From the NCBI GenBank assembly GCA_947629005.1, contig CANRCD010000002.1, positions 136,875-200,874 on the forward strand: a DNA stretch of 64,000 nt, in the 5' to 3' direction. The notes below the pieces were generated by a model. The model had not been told where the DNA came from. It did no database searches and saw only the letters and a program-made list of their open reading frames with translations. How positions within the stretch are numbered: position 1 is the stretch's first letter; every line of letters begins with the position of its first letter. The position numbers were made by a program, and so were the translations under genes. Shown here piece after piece: positions 36,860 to 47,104 of this stretch. This DNA is from an uncultured Clostridia bacterium (GTDB lineage: Bacteria; Bacillota; Clostridia; UMGS1883).

Positions 36860-38037
36860 GGACAGCCGTAATAGGCGGCGGCGCGGCGGGGCTTGCCTCC
36901 GCCGTTTTTGCCGCGCGGGCAGGGAGCTCCGTGACAGTGTTCGAGGGCAACGACCGCGTTGGCAGAAAGCTGCTTTCCACGGGCAACGGCCGCTGTAATC
37001 TATCGAACGCCGATATTTCGCCCGCCCGCTATGCAACCGCGTACCCGCCTTTTCTGGAGACCGCCCTCGAGGGGCGCGGCTTTGGTTTCGCGCGGGAGTT
37101 TTTCGCCTCGCTGGGGGTGCCGCTTACCGTTGAGGAGGGCCGCGCCTACCCGCGCAGCATGAGAGCCGCCGCCGTGGCCGACGCTCTCCGCTTCGAGTGC
37201 CTGCGGCTCGGGGCGGAGCTGCGCACCGGCGTCCGTGTAAACGGAGCCGAGGCCGTAAAGGGCCGTTTCATGGTGGAGGATGAAATGTTCGACCGCCTTA
37301 TTCTGGCCTGCGGCGGCATGGCCGCGCCCGCGCTGGGCTCCGACGGCTTTGGCTTCCGCCTGGCGAAGGGCTTCGGACACAGGGTTTTGGAGCCCTATCC
37401 CGCGCTGGTGCAGCTTCGTGCGCTTTCGCCGGACAAGTCTCTCAAGGGTGTTCGCGCCGAGGCTCGGGTCACGGCTATTGTGGGCGGGCGGCGTGTGCGT
37501 GAGGAGCGGGGCGAGGTGCAGTTCACAGACTACGGCCTCTCCGGAGTGCCAATAATGCAGCTTTCGACCCTGTTCCGTGGCGAGATGGAGGTCGTGATTG
37601 ACCTTCTTCCCGAGTGGGATTTCACCTCCCTCACGGAGGAACTGTCCGCCCTCGCGGAACATCTCGGCGATCTGCCGCCGGCAGAGTTCATGGGCGGATA
37701 TCTGCACAAGAGCCTGACGCGCAGAGCCTGCCTTAACGCCGGATTAGATCCATCTAGACCCGTGGGCGCTTTGACGCTGCGGGAGCTTAAGGCCCTTGTG
37801 GGAGCGTTTAAGAATATGAGCTTCAAAATTGTGGGAACCAATTCGTGGCCGCAGGCCCAGACCACCCGAGGCGGGGTGGACCTGCGCGAGATAGAGCCAA
37901 AAACCATGGAATCGCGCCTTGTACGCGGGCTGTATTTCGCGGGAGAGATAACCGACGTATGCGGCGACTGCGGCGGATATAACCTGCACTGGGCTTGGGT
38001 AAGCGGCGCGGCGGCAGGGGAGAGCGCGGCGCATTGA
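36856..38037 (+). CDS. HI0933/BaiN-family FAD-dependent flavoprotein (aminoacetone-oxidase-like)
   Basis: AVIGGGAAGL Rossmann motif, about 390 aa, TIGR00275-like. Start overlaps the gpsA stop. Confidence 0.75.
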   Translation: MRTAVIGGGAAGLASAVFAARAGSSVTVFEGNDRVGRKLLSTGNGRCNLSNADISPARYATAYPPFLETALEGRGFGFAREFFASLGVPLTVEEGRAYPRSMRAAAVADALRFECLRLGAELRTGVRVNGAEAVKGRFMVEDEMFDRLILACGGMAAPALGSDGFGFRLAKGFGHRVLEPYPALVQLRALSPDKSLKGVRAEARVTAIVGGRRVREERGEVQFTDYGLSGVPIMQLSTLFRGEMEVVIDLLPEWDFTSLTEELSALAEHLGDLPPAEFMGGYLHKSLTRRACLNAGLDPSRPVGALTLRELKALVGAFKNMSFKIVGTNSWPQAQTTRGGVDLREIEPKTMESRLVRGLYFAGEITDVCGDCGGYNLHWAWVSGAAAGESAAH

Positions 38038-38047
38038 GGGAAAAATC

Positions 38048-39607
38048 ATGCTAAAAATTTCCAATTTAAGACTGCCGGTGGGCTTTGCCGACGGCGACAT
38101 ACGCTTGGCCGCCGCCGAAAGGCTGCGCCTGCCCGTGGAGGATGTCGAAAGCGCGGCCCTTGTGCGGCTTTCGGTGGACGCCAGAGATAAGAGCGATATA
38201 CATTACAGCGCGGCCGTGAAGGTCTGTGTAAAAAACGAGGCGCGTTTCCTCAGGCTTCATGACGTGGAGCCCTACGTGCCCTACGCCTACCCGCAGCCGC
38301 CGGTCAGCCGCCTGCGCCGCCGCGTTGTGGTGGCAGGCAGCGGTCCGGCGGGGCTGTTTGCGGCTCTGATATTGGCCTCGGCCGGAGCGGAGCCGATTGT
38401 GCTTGAGCGCGGCGAGTGTGTGGAGCAGCGGCTCATAACTGTGGAAAATTTCCAAAGGCATGGCGTGCTCAACCCCGAAAGCAACGTGCAGTTCGGCGAG
38501 GGCGGGGCCGGAGCCTTTTCGGACGGCAAGCTCACCACCGGCACCAAGGACCCGCGCCAAAGGAAGGTCATAGAGGAATTTATCGCCGCCGGCGCTCCCG
38601 AGGACATTGCCTACCTCGCTAAGCCGCACATTGGCACCGACCGCCTCGTGGGCGTGGTGCGCGGGCTGAGAAACAAAATAATCTCCCTCGGGGGCGAGGT
38701 GCGCTTCGGCTGCGCTTTAAGGGATTTTTATATTGAAAACGGCCGACTGACGGGAGTCGCTTCGGCGGGCGGTGATATCGAGACCGACGTTCTTGTCCTC
38801 GCCACGGGCCACAGCGCCCGCGACGTTTTTGAGCTCTGCGCGAGAAGGGGGCTCCTTATGGAGCGCAAGCCCTTTTCGGTGGGCGTTCGGATAGAGCACC
38901 CGCAGGAGCTGATACAAAGGGCGCAGTACGGCGCGGCTGGCGGATTGCCGCCGGCTGATTACAGGGCCGCCGTACATCTCGCGGACGGGCGCGGGGTCTA
39001 TACCTTTTGTATGTGCCCCGGCGGCGAGGTAGTGGCCTCGGCCAGCGAGGAGAACACCGTCGTCACCAACGGCATGAGCCGCTACAAAAGGGACGGCAAA
39101 AACGCCAACAGCGCTCTGCTCGTCTCAGTGGGCCCGGGAGATTTCAAAAGCGACGACCTTTTTGCCGGCGTGCGTTTTCAGCGTCGGCTCGAAAGGCAGG
39201 CCTTTTATATGGGCGGCGGGAGTTACCGCGCCCCGATGACGCTTGTGGGCGATTTTCTCAAGGGACAGAAGTCCGCCTCGATAGGCGGTATTGAGCCGAG
39301 CTATCCACTCGGCGTGACTCCGGCCGACATTTCGCGCCTGTTTCCGGACTTTGTCACGACGGCGCTTCGGGAGGGGATAAGGCTTATAGGCCGCAAAATA
39401 CGCGGCTTCGATACGCCCGACGCCCCGCTCACCGGTGTGGAGAGCCGCTCCTCGTCGCCGCTGCGGATAGTACGCGGCGAAAATTTGCAGGCCTCCGTCG
39501 CCGGCATTTACCCCTGCGGCGAGGGCGCCGGCTATGCCGGCGGCATAATGTCCGCCGCGGTGGACGGTATAAGGTGCGCCGAAAAAATACTTGGCGAAAT
39601 CTATTGA
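38048..39607 (+). CDS. Uncharacterized FAD-dependent dehydrogenase (COG2509 family)
   Basis: VVAGSGPAGLFAAL… dinucleotide-binding motif; about 520 aa, typical for this family in Clostridia. Confidence 0.75.
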   Translation: MLKISNLRLPVGFADGDIRLAAAERLRLPVEDVESAALVRLSVDARDKSDIHYSAAVKVCVKNEARFLRLHDVEPYVPYAYPQPPVSRLRRRVVVAGSGPAGLFAALILASAGAEPIVLERGECVEQRLITVENFQRHGVLNPESNVQFGEGGAGAFSDGKLTTGTKDPRQRKVIEEFIAAGAPEDIAYLAKPHIGTDRLVGVVRGLRNKIISLGGEVRFGCALRDFYIENGRLTGVASAGGDIETDVLVLATGHSARDVFELCARRGLLMERKPFSVGVRIEHPQELIQRAQYGAAGGLPPADYRAAVHLADGRGVYTFCMCPGGEVVASASEENTVVTNGMSRYKRDGKNANSALLVSVGPGDFKSDDLFAGVRFQRRLERQAFYMGGGSYRAPMTLVGDFLKGQKSASIGGIEPSYPLGVTPADISRLFPDFVTTALREGIRLIGRKIRGFDTPDAPLTGVESRSSSPLRIVRGENLQASVAGIYPCGEGAGYAGGIMSAAVDGIRCAEKILGEIY

Positions 39608-39675
39608 TTTTGTGGAAAAAATAGTTTATAATAAAAGAAATGCCATAAGAAAACAAAGGAAAGGGCGGCGAGAAA

Positions 39676-40788
39676 GTGAACGTAAAAAAGGGGCTTTTTT
39701 CCGACGCGGTTGATCGTGCGCTTATAATATACGTGGTTTTGGCGTCGCTTCTGGGCATAGCCGCCGTCAACAGCGCCTCGGCGGGTCTCGAGGGGCACTA
39801 CCGCTATGTGACGGTGCAGGCCGCCGCCTTTGTGCTGGGCATGGTCGCAATGACGGCCTTGACCTTCTTCAACTACAGCTTTTTGTATAAGCTCCGCTTC
39901 GTTTTCTTTGCCGCGGCAATGGCCCTTTTAGGGGCGGTGCTGGTCGTGGGCAAGATACGCGGCGGCACTAAGGGCTGGATCGGGCTCGGCCCCGTAAATC
40001 TCCAGCCCGCCGAAATAGCCAAGCTATGCTTTATAATCACTCTGTCAGCCCACCTTTCAAAGGTGCGCGAAAGCATAAACAAGCCGAAAACTCTGCTGCT
40101 CCTGTTTTTGCATTTGGGGATATACATGACGCCGGTGCTGCTTCAGCCGGATTTTGGCACAGCTATGGTTTTTGTGGTAATTTTTTGCATTTCCCTGTTT
40201 TTTGCGGGGATAAGCCTTAAATACGTGTTCGGCGCGATGGGCGCGCTGGTGGTGGCGTCGCCGTTGGTGTGGCTGGCGCTGAACCCCATTCAGCGCGGAC
40301 GCATAATTAGCTTCCTAAACCCCGAAAGCGACCCTACGGGCACGGGTTATCACGTATTACAGTCCAAGCTTGCTATCGGAAGCGGACAGATACTGGGCAG
40401 GGGATACCTACGGGGCCCGCAAACACAGTACGGCTACCTTCCCGAGAGGCAGACAGACTTTATCTTTTCCTCTATCGGCGAGGAGTTTGGCTTCATCGGC
40501 TGCGCCGTGGTGGCGTTGCTGCTGTTCGCCATCATTTTACGCTGCTTCAAGGACGCTTCAGACAGCGACCACGATCCCTTCGGTATGTTTATCTGCGTGG
40601 GCGTGGGGGCGATGATGTTTTTCCACACCCTTGAAAACATAGGTATGTGCGTGGGACTTCTGCCTATAACCGGAATTCCGCTGCCGTTTTTCAGCTATGG
40701 CGGCAGTAGCATGATAACCTGCTGCGCGGCCATAGGGCTGGTACAGAGCGTCGTCACCAGACGGCGCAGAACGAAATTTGATATTTAA
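39676..40788 (+). CDS. SEDS-family peptidoglycan glycosyltransferase (FtsW/RodA/SpoVE)
   Basis: Ten transmembrane segments, motifs …PDFGTA… and …LPFFSYGGSS…. Sits just upstream of the yabP block, so SpoVE-like is plausible. Confidence 0.85.
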   Translation: MNVKKGLFSDAVDRALIIYVVLASLLGIAAVNSASAGLEGHYRYVTVQAAAFVLGMVAMTALTFFNYSFLYKLRFVFFAAAMALLGAVLVVGKIRGGTKGWIGLGPVNLQPAEIAKLCFIITLSAHLSKVRESINKPKTLLLLFLHLGIYMTPVLLQPDFGTAMVFVVIFCISLFFAGISLKYVFGAMGALVVASPLVWLALNPIQRGRIISFLNPESDPTGTGYHVLQSKLAIGSGQILGRGYLRGPQTQYGYLPERQTDFIFSSIGEEFGFIGCAVVALLLFAIILRCFKDASDSDHDPFGMFICVGVGAMMFFHTLENIGMCVGLLPITGIPLPFFSYGGSSMITCCAAIGLVQSVVTRRRRTKFDI

Positions 40789-40800
40789 GGCGGACAACGA

Positions 40801-41460
40801 ATGAAATATAACGATAATAATGGGCTTTGGAGCTGCGTGTGCTCCCGTCTGGCGCTTGCGGGCATGAGCCTTGCCGACGCGGAAAGGGCCTTGGGACTGT
40901 GCGGCGGAATGCTTGAGTATATGCTTGAAAACGACGTGATACCTGAGGACAGGTTGATCAAATGGCTTTCGATGCTCACCGGCCGAAGCCGCGACTATAT
41001 GATATACGGCGAGCCGCCGCTTAAGGTGAAGGTGCGCCGCTCGGTCTTTGTGGTGCGCGGCGCCGAGTTCGTGAAGGACTACATAGAAATTGAAAAAGTT
41101 ATAAGAAGGATGTATATCGACAGGCCCGCCAACGACTCGTGCACTTATATAGGCGTGGTGGTGGAAAGCGACTCCATGAGCCGCGCCCGCATTTTCAAGG
41201 GCGATACCGTTATAATCCGCAAGCAGATAGCCGCCGAGGACGGCGATATCGTGCTGGCCTCGGTGCGCGGAAAATCCGTGCTGCGCCGCTTTCATGTGCT
41301 TAACGACGTTGTTTGGCTCGAGGCCGAAGGCCTTGCCGACGACGGCCCCGTGCAGTTCAGCGAAAGTCTGCGTTCGCCCAGACGGGATATACGCGTTTAC
41401 GGCAAGGTTGTCAGCGTGTGCCGTTTTATGGAGGATAACGCTCCCGCGACCGTTTTATAA
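40801..41460 (+). CDS. LexA/CI-like S24-peptidase-domain transcriptional repressor with a non-canonical HTH N-terminus
   Basis: C-terminus …ESDSMS…GDTVIIRK…DGDIVLASV…SVLRRF…YGKVVSVCR matches the S24 Ser/Lys-dyad fold. Confidence 0.7.
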   Translation: MKYNDNNGLWSCVCSRLALAGMSLADAERALGLCGGMLEYMLENDVIPEDRLIKWLSMLTGRSRDYMIYGEPPLKVKVRRSVFVVRGAEFVKDYIEIEKVIRRMYIDRPANDSCTYIGVVVESDSMSRARIFKGDTVIIRKQIAAEDGDIVLASVRGKSVLRRFHVLNDVVWLEAEGLADDGPVQFSESLRSPRRDIRVYGKVVSVCRFMEDNAPATVL

Positions 41461-41555
41461 TTAAATGAGTGACGCGGTTTCGGACTTTATTGAGGAATTT
41501 TTCGCTCCCCTTCAGCATATATTTTAAAGGATTATATGCGAAGGGGAGCTTTGTT

Positions 41556-41810
41556 TTGGAAAACAACGGCAATCTGATTCTGGAAAACCGCGCGAAGCTG
41601 TGCGTCAGCGCCGTCAGCGACGTTGAAAGCTTTGACGAGCGGCGGATAGTGCTGCGCATTGGTGAAAGCCGTCTTGTTATAGAAGGCAGCGGATTAAAGA
41701 TAAACAGCGTCAGTGTGGAAAGCGGAGAGGCCGTCATAACCGGTCTTGTGGACAGCTGCGCTTATACGGGCTCCGTGCGGCGCTCCCTTTGGGGGAAGCT
41801 TGCAAAATGA
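41556..41810 (+). CDS. yabP: Sporulation protein YabP
   Basis: LENRAKLCVSAVSDVESFDERRIVLRIGESRLVIEGSGLKINSVSVESGEAVITGLVDS. TTG start at 41556 with GAAGGGGAG 6 nt upstream. The upstream part of the track ORF looks non-coding. Confidence 0.75.
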   Translation: MENNGNLILENRAKLCVSAVSDVESFDERRIVLRIGESRLVIEGSGLKINSVSVESGEAVITGLVDSCAYTGSVRRSLWGKLAK

Positions 41811-42289
41811 CGGTTTCATCGGCGGGGCAGCTCCGTTTTTTCTTTTTAAGTGTGCTTGCAGGACTGATATCCGGCGCGTTTTATAACTTGCTGCGCGCCG
41901 TCCGCGAGAAAAACGGCCGCGGGCCCGCCGGCCCTGTAAGCGACCTTTTTTTCTGGATATTTGTGGGGGCGGCGCTGATAAAGCTCAGCCTCGACTTTAA
42001 CGACGGCGGCATAAGGGGTTATCAGCTTTTGGGCGCGGCCTGCGGCTTCGCGCTGCACTATCTCTGCCTCGGGCAGATATCGCTGCCGCTTGCCAGAGCC
42101 GTGGTTCGCGCGGCTGCGATTGCGCTTTTTCCGGCGGCCTTTCTGCTGCGCGGATTGGGCCTTTACGTAAAGCATATATACGGCAAAGCGCGCACAATGC
42201 TTTTAAAAATATGCCAAAGCGGAAAACGCGTTTCCACTTCCCGCAAAAGGCGCAAAAAAATCCAAAAAAATTACAAAAAATTGCTCTAA
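41807..42289 (+). CDS. yabQ: Spore cortex biosynthesis membrane protein YabQ
   Basis: ATGA overlap with the yabP stop. Four transmembrane helices followed by a basic tail. Confidence 0.7.
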   Translation: MTVSSAGQLRFFFLSVLAGLISGAFYNLLRAVREKNGRGPAGPVSDLFFWIFVGAALIKLSLDFNDGGIRGYQLLGAACGFALHYLCLGQISLPLARAVVRAAAIALFPAAFLLRGLGLYVKHIYGKARTMLLKICQSGKRVSTSRKRRKKIQKNYKKLL

Positions 42290-42353
42290 ACTACTTTACA
42301 AAACATAAAAAGTGTTATATACTTATTATATATCCGTGCGGGGAGGGGTAGGG

Positions 42354-42650
42354 TTGACGTTTTTAGGAAGAACCGTAAGGAAAAAGGACGTGCCAAGGCT
42401 GGCTGTGTTTGCGTCGGCCTTTCTTGTCATTACGCTTTTTATCGCGGCTCTTTTCACAACCTTCTGGGATATCCACCAAGTGCGCGGTGAAATAAGCGAT
42501 TGCAATGATGCCATCGCCCAAAAAGAGAGCGAGCTAAAGCAGCTTGAACAGAAAAAGGAATATTACGAAAGCGATGAATTTCTCGAGGACGCTGTTCGCG
42601 ACAGCGGCTACGTTGGGCGGGATGACACAGTTTTCGTGATAACTGATTAG
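42354..42650 (+). CDS. divIC: Septum formation initiator DivIC/FtsB-like (transmembrane helix plus coiled coil)
   Basis: TTG start after GGGAGGGG. Transmembrane helix then coiled coil …AIAQKESELKQLEQKKEYYESDEF…. Position after yabPQ is conserved. Confidence 0.7.
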   Translation: MTFLGRTVRKKDVPRLAVFASAFLVITLFIAALFTTFWDIHQVRGEISDCNDAIAQKESELKQLEQKKEYYESDEFLEDAVRDSGYVGRDDTVFVITD

Positions 42651-42687
42651 CTTGCATTTTAACACTTGAAAGGGGTTCATAAATTAT

Positions 42688-43104
42688 ATGGATCTGGAGA
42701 TCGGGAGCATTGTTGAAGGTAAGGTTTCGGGGATAACGGGCTTCGGCGCCTTTGTTGATCTCCCCGGGAAAAAGACGGGCCTCGTCCATATATCCGAGGT
42801 GGCGCGCGATTACGTTAAGGATATCCACGACCATCTCAAGGTTGGGCAGACAGTCAAGGTGAAGGTGCTTTCTGCAGAACCTAACGGTAAAATAAGTCTG
42901 TCGATAAAAAAGGCAGTGGCTCCTCCGCCCAGAAATGTTCCCTTTACGGGCAGTCCCGCGGAGGTAAACTTCCCTTCGGTCAACCAGCAGTTCAGCGACC
43001 TTTCGTTTGAGGACAAAATGGCCAAGTTTAAGCAGTCAAGCGACGAGCGGATGCTCGATATAAAGCGAAATGTGGAGTCCAAAAGAGGAAGCCACCGAAA
43101 ATAG
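42688..43104 (+). CDS. yabR: S1 RNA-binding domain protein YabR
   Basis: S1 fold motif GSIVEGKVSGITGFGAFVDLPGKKTGLVHISEV. Confidence 0.85.
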   Translation: MDLEIGSIVEGKVSGITGFGAFVDLPGKKTGLVHISEVARDYVKDIHDHLKVGQTVKVKVLSAEPNGKISLSIKKAVAPPPRNVPFTGSPAEVNFPSVNQQFSDLSFEDKMAKFKQSSDERMLDIKRNVESKRGSHRK

Positions 43105-43188
43105 TACATAAGGGTTCGTAAAAGTACGCGTACCCCTACTGAGGGGTTTGCTATTGTTTGCGCGTAGAGTGCGGGAAGAGATTCGTAG

Positions 43189-43216
43189 GGAGCGCCGACC
43201 TCGGCGCTCCTTTTGT
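43189..43216 (+). terminator. Rho-independent terminator after yabR
   Basis: GGAGCGCCG-acct-CGGCGCTCC followed by TTTTGT. Confidence 0.65.
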
Positions 43217-43305
43217 AATTGTGTTGTAACAATAAAAGACTTGCTTTTTTGGTAAAACCGTAGTAAAATAAACTTGGAATTATATAGAAAAACGGGGAAC
43301 TCGCA

Positions 43306-44610
43306 ATGAAATTCAACTGGAAAGATGACGATCAGAAATACATCAAGCTCGGATTGACAGCCTTTGCCGTGGTAGTGCTTTCCATACTGGCAAATCAGGT
43401 GCTGCACCAGATACCCTTGCTGACGGTGGGCGTAAAAACGCTGCTGGGCTGCCTTAAGCCCATTGCCTACGGGCTGGTTTTCGCTTACCTACTGACTCCG
43501 CTGCTAAATATGTTTGAGCGCTGGCTGTTCAGACTTAAGTTTTTCGATAAGGGCAATACCAAGAGTTTTCGACTTGTTCGAGGCATAAGCGTTGTGCTGG
43601 CGTGGGGCGTCATGATTTGCGTCGTAGCCGTGCTGATAAAGCTTGTTGTCCCCGAAATCCTCAGCAGTATTCAGGGCATAATTGACAATATGCCGGTATA
43701 CATCATAACCCTGCGCCGCTGGGTATCGCGTCTGCTTGAGGGCAATCCCGACATCCGTGACTGGATAATGACGCAGATTGGCAAGTTTTATACCGACTTC
43801 ACCTCGGTTGCGGGCAGCTTCCCCGAGTTTGTGGATAAGATTTCCAAGTTTATGCCGCGCGTCGGCTCGTTTGCGGCCAGCGTGTCAAGCGGCGTGTTCA
43901 GCGCGGTGACGGGCACCTTCAATATTGTTGTAGGCGTGATTGTTTCAATATACGTCATGGCAGCAAAGGAAAATTTTGTGGCGCAGGCCAAAAAGTTTAC
44001 TTATGCGCTGCTCCCAACCTCGCAGGCCAACAGCCTTTCCAGAACCGTTAGGCTGGCGCACATAAAGTTCGGCGGCTTTTTCGTGGGCAAGATAATAGAT
44101 TCCGCCATAATAGGCGTGCTGTGCTTTGTGCTGCTTTCAATTTTCCGTATCCCTTACGCCATGCTGCTCAGCTTTATTGTTGGCGTGACGAATATTATTC
44201 CGTTCTTCGGACCCTTTATCGGGGCGGTGCCCGGGGCAATCATTCTAATTTTGGCAAATCCGCTGCGCTGCCTGTATTTCCTGATAATCATAGTGGCGCT
44301 TCAGCAGATAGACGGCAACATTATCGGCCCCAAAATACTCAGCAACTCCATTGGCATATCCAGTTTCTGGGTAATGTTCTCGATTCTGGTGTTTGGCGGG
44401 CTGTTCGGCTTCTGGGGACTGGTGTGCGGCGTACCTTTGTTCGCAGTGCTGTATGACCTCATTTCCGGAGCGGTAAACGTGCATTTAAAGAAAAAGGGAC
44501 TACCCGTGCAAACCCGCGATTACCACGATCTCGGCTATGTGGACACGGAAACCGGCGAAATAATAAGCAGAAAAGACAAGGATGGTAGCAATGATTCTGA
44601 AGGTAGATAA
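43306..44610 (+). CDS. AI-2E family transporter (PerM/YtvI-like membrane protein)
   Basis: 8 transmembrane segments, about 430 aa, conserved …GP.IGAVPGAIIL… region. Confidence 0.75.
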   Translation: MKFNWKDDDQKYIKLGLTAFAVVVLSILANQVLHQIPLLTVGVKTLLGCLKPIAYGLVFAYLLTPLLNMFERWLFRLKFFDKGNTKSFRLVRGISVVLAWGVMICVVAVLIKLVVPEILSSIQGIIDNMPVYIITLRRWVSRLLEGNPDIRDWIMTQIGKFYTDFTSVAGSFPEFVDKISKFMPRVGSFAASVSSGVFSAVTGTFNIVVGVIVSIYVMAAKENFVAQAKKFTYALLPTSQANSLSRTVRLAHIKFGGFFVGKIIDSAIIGVLCFVLLSIFRIPYAMLLSFIVGVTNIIPFFGPFIGAVPGAIILILANPLRCLYFLIIIVALQQIDGNIIGPKILSNSIGISSFWVMFSILVFGGLFGFWGLVCGVPLFAVLYDLISGAVNVHLKKKGLPVQTRDYHDLGYVDTETGEIISRKDKDGSNDSEGR

Positions 44611-46477
44611 AAATAAGCGGCTCAAAGAGGTAAACCCTCATATATTCGGCATCTTTTTTGAGGACATCAACTACGCTGCCGACGGCGGGCTTTACGGCGA
44701 ACTGCTGGAAAACCGCTCCTTTGACTATTTCCCAACGAAAATCAATCCCTACAATTCGCCCCTCATCGCTTGGCGGCCCGTGGGCCGCTGTGAGCTTTCC
44801 GCCCGCAGCGACAGTCCTATGAACGAGGTGAATCCCGCTTATGCGCGCGTCAGGGCCGAGGCCGGCTGCGGCATATCGAACCGCGCCTACGAGGGCTGCT
44901 ATCTCGTCAAGGATGAGGAGTACGTTTTTTCTTTCTATTCACGTGGGGATTACTCGGGCGGGATAGAATTCCGGCTTGTGAAGGACGGCGAGACCGTGGC
45001 CTCGGCGTCTTTCGCGGGTGCGCCAAAAGCATGGGAAAAGCGCTCCGCCGTGCTTAAGGCGGCTAAAACCGTCATTGGGGCTGAGCCGCGCCTGATACTC
45101 TTGGACGGCGGCGAAATAGATGTGGATATGTGTTCGCTGTTCCCAAAAAATACGTTCATGGGCCGCGAAAACGGCCTGCGCGCTGACCTCGCCCAAGCGC
45201 TGAAGGAGCTTAAGCCGGGCTTCATGCGCTTCCCCGGCGGCTGCATAGTCGAGGGCAACGGCCTCGCGAACCGCTACCGCTGGAAGGACACCATCGGCCC
45301 CGTCGAAACGCGCAGGGGCAACTGGAATCGCTGGCAGGCCGGCGGGGTGGGCGTTTACGCCCCCGATTACTACCAGAGCTACGGGCTCGGATTTTACGAG
45401 TATTTCCTGCTGTGTGAGGATCTTGGCTGCGAGCCGCTGCCCGTACTTAACTGCGGAATGGGTTGTCAGTATCAGTGCGACGAAACGGTTCCGCTCGGAG
45501 AGCTTGACGAATACATACAGGACGCTCTCGACCTTATTGAGTTCGCGAACGGCCCGTCGGACAGCGGCTGGGGCGCAAAACGGGCCGAGTGCGGCCATGC
45601 GGAGCCCTTTGAGCTTAAGTATCTGGCCATCGGCAACGAACAGTGGGAGGAGGGCTACTTTGAGCGGTACGAGGCCTTTCAGCGCGTTATTGCCGAAAAA
45701 CACCCCGAAATAAAGCTGATAACCTCTTCCGGCCCCAGCGCCGCGGGCAGGGAGTTTGACAAGGCGTGGAGCTGGCTGGACGGCAAGGGGCGCGATTTTG
45801 CCTTTGCCGTTGACGAGCACTACTATGTGCCTTCGCACTGGCTCTTTGCCAATACGCACCGCTATGACAACTATGACCGCTCCGGCCTGAAGGTCTTTGC
45901 CGGAGAATATGCCTGCCACATACGCGGGCCTCAGCCGCGGCCAAACAATCTCGAGGCCGCGCTGGCCGAGGCGGCCATGATGACGGGCTTTGAGCGCAAC
46001 GCCGACGTGGTGTGCCTCGCGGCCTACGCCCCTCTTTTCGCCCGTGTGGGCTTCACTCAGTGGACGCCCGATCTCATATTTTTTAACAGCCACGAGGTAC
46101 TGCTGACGCCCTCGTACTACGTTCAGCGGATGTTCAGCCATAACGTGCCCGACTACACTGTGGCCTTTTCATGTGTGGGCTGCGACGGACTTTACATCAC
46201 CGCCGGAGTAAAAGACGGCAGGGTTATAGTGAAGGCCGTTAATTGCAACCCGAGGCCCATTAAGCTTGAACTTGGCTGCGAGGGCGGCGAGGCCGAGCGC
46301 TTGACTGCCCACGGCGAACACTGCCTGACTGCCCACGGCGAGCAGCACAGCCGCAAAATCCTTGATATGAAAAACACCATGGAGAATAAGGACTGCGTTG
46401 TTCCCGTCAGCGAGAGCTTCGTTGGCGGCGAATACACGCTTGCGCCGTTCTCGTTCACGGTTCTTAAATATAATTAA
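44591..46477 (+). CDS. abfA: GH51 alpha-L-arabinofuranosidase
   Basis: …FRFPGGC…, acid/base region …LAIGNEQWEEGY…, and the C-terminal beta-sandwich domain. ATG at 44591 after AAGGATGG. Confidence 0.82.
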   Translation: MILKVDKNKRLKEVNPHIFGIFFEDINYAADGGLYGELLENRSFDYFPTKINPYNSPLIAWRPVGRCELSARSDSPMNEVNPAYARVRAEAGCGISNRAYEGCYLVKDEEYVFSFYSRGDYSGGIEFRLVKDGETVASASFAGAPKAWEKRSAVLKAAKTVIGAEPRLILLDGGEIDVDMCSLFPKNTFMGRENGLRADLAQALKELKPGFMRFPGGCIVEGNGLANRYRWKDTIGPVETRRGNWNRWQAGGVGVYAPDYYQSYGLGFYEYFLLCEDLGCEPLPVLNCGMGCQYQCDETVPLGELDEYIQDALDLIEFANGPSDSGWGAKRAECGHAEPFELKYLAIGNEQWEEGYFERYEAFQRVIAEKHPEIKLITSSGPSAAGREFDKAWSWLDGKGRDFAFAVDEHYYVPSHWLFANTHRYDNYDRSGLKVFAGEYACHIRGPQPRPNNLEAALAEAAMMTGFERNADVVCLAAYAPLFARVGFTQWTPDLIFFNSHEVLLTPSYYVQRMFSHNVPDYTVAFSCVGCDGLYITAGVKDGRVIVKAVNCNPRPIKLELGCEGGEAERLTAHGEHCLTAHGEQHSRKILDMKNTMENKDCVVPVSESFVGGEYTLAPFSFTVLKYN

Positions 46478-46489
46478 GAGGTGGTAACA

Positions 46490-47104
46490 ATGAAAAAAAC
46501 AAAAAAGCTTGTATTGTTCGCCATGTTTGTGGCGATAATCGGCATACTTTTTGTGACGCCGCTGGGAATGATTCCCCTCGGAGTGATAAACGCCACCACC
46601 ATGCACATACCCGTCATTGTGGGCGCGATAATCATGGGGCCTAAGTTCGGCGCGGCTCTGGGCGGCGTTTTCGGGCTGGCGAGCTTCCTTAAGGCCAGCT
46701 TCGCACCGATGGCCACGTCTTTTGCCTTCTCGCCGCTGGTGCCCGTGCCCGGCCTTGGCCGCGGCAGCCTGTGGGCGCTGGTGATAGCTTTTGTACCGCG
46801 CATACTCATAGGCATCGTGTCCTACTACGTGTACGCCCTCGTTAAGAAGGCCTCTAAAAACGAGGCCGTGGCCATGGGAGTGGGCGCGTTCGCCGGCTCG
46901 CTGACAAACACCGTGCTGGTGATGGGACTTATCGGCATGATATTCGCTGACGATTACGCCGGAGTGGTTGGGAAGGCTTTCAGCCTTATCCTGCGCTCAA
47001 CCGTGCTTGTGAACGGCGTGCCTGAGGCCCTTGTGGCCGTTATTATCTCAGTGGCTGTGTGCAAAGTTTTGAAAAGAGTAGTGAAGGTGGAAGTCGATGC
47101 GTGA
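46490..47104 (+). CDS. ECF transporter S (substrate-specific) component
   Basis: About 200 aa with 6 transmembrane segments, N-terminal MKKTKKLVLFAMFVAIIGIL…. ATG at 46490 after GAGGTGG. Confidence 0.65.
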   Translation: MKKTKKLVLFAMFVAIIGILFVTPLGMIPLGVINATTMHIPVIVGAIIMGPKFGAALGGVFGLASFLKASFAPMATSFAFSPLVPVPGLGRGSLWALVIAFVPRILIGIVSYYVYALVKKASKNEAVAMGVGAFAGSLTNTVLVMGLIGMIFADDYAGVVGKAFSLILRSTVLVNGVPEALVAVIISVAVCKVLKRVVKVEVDA

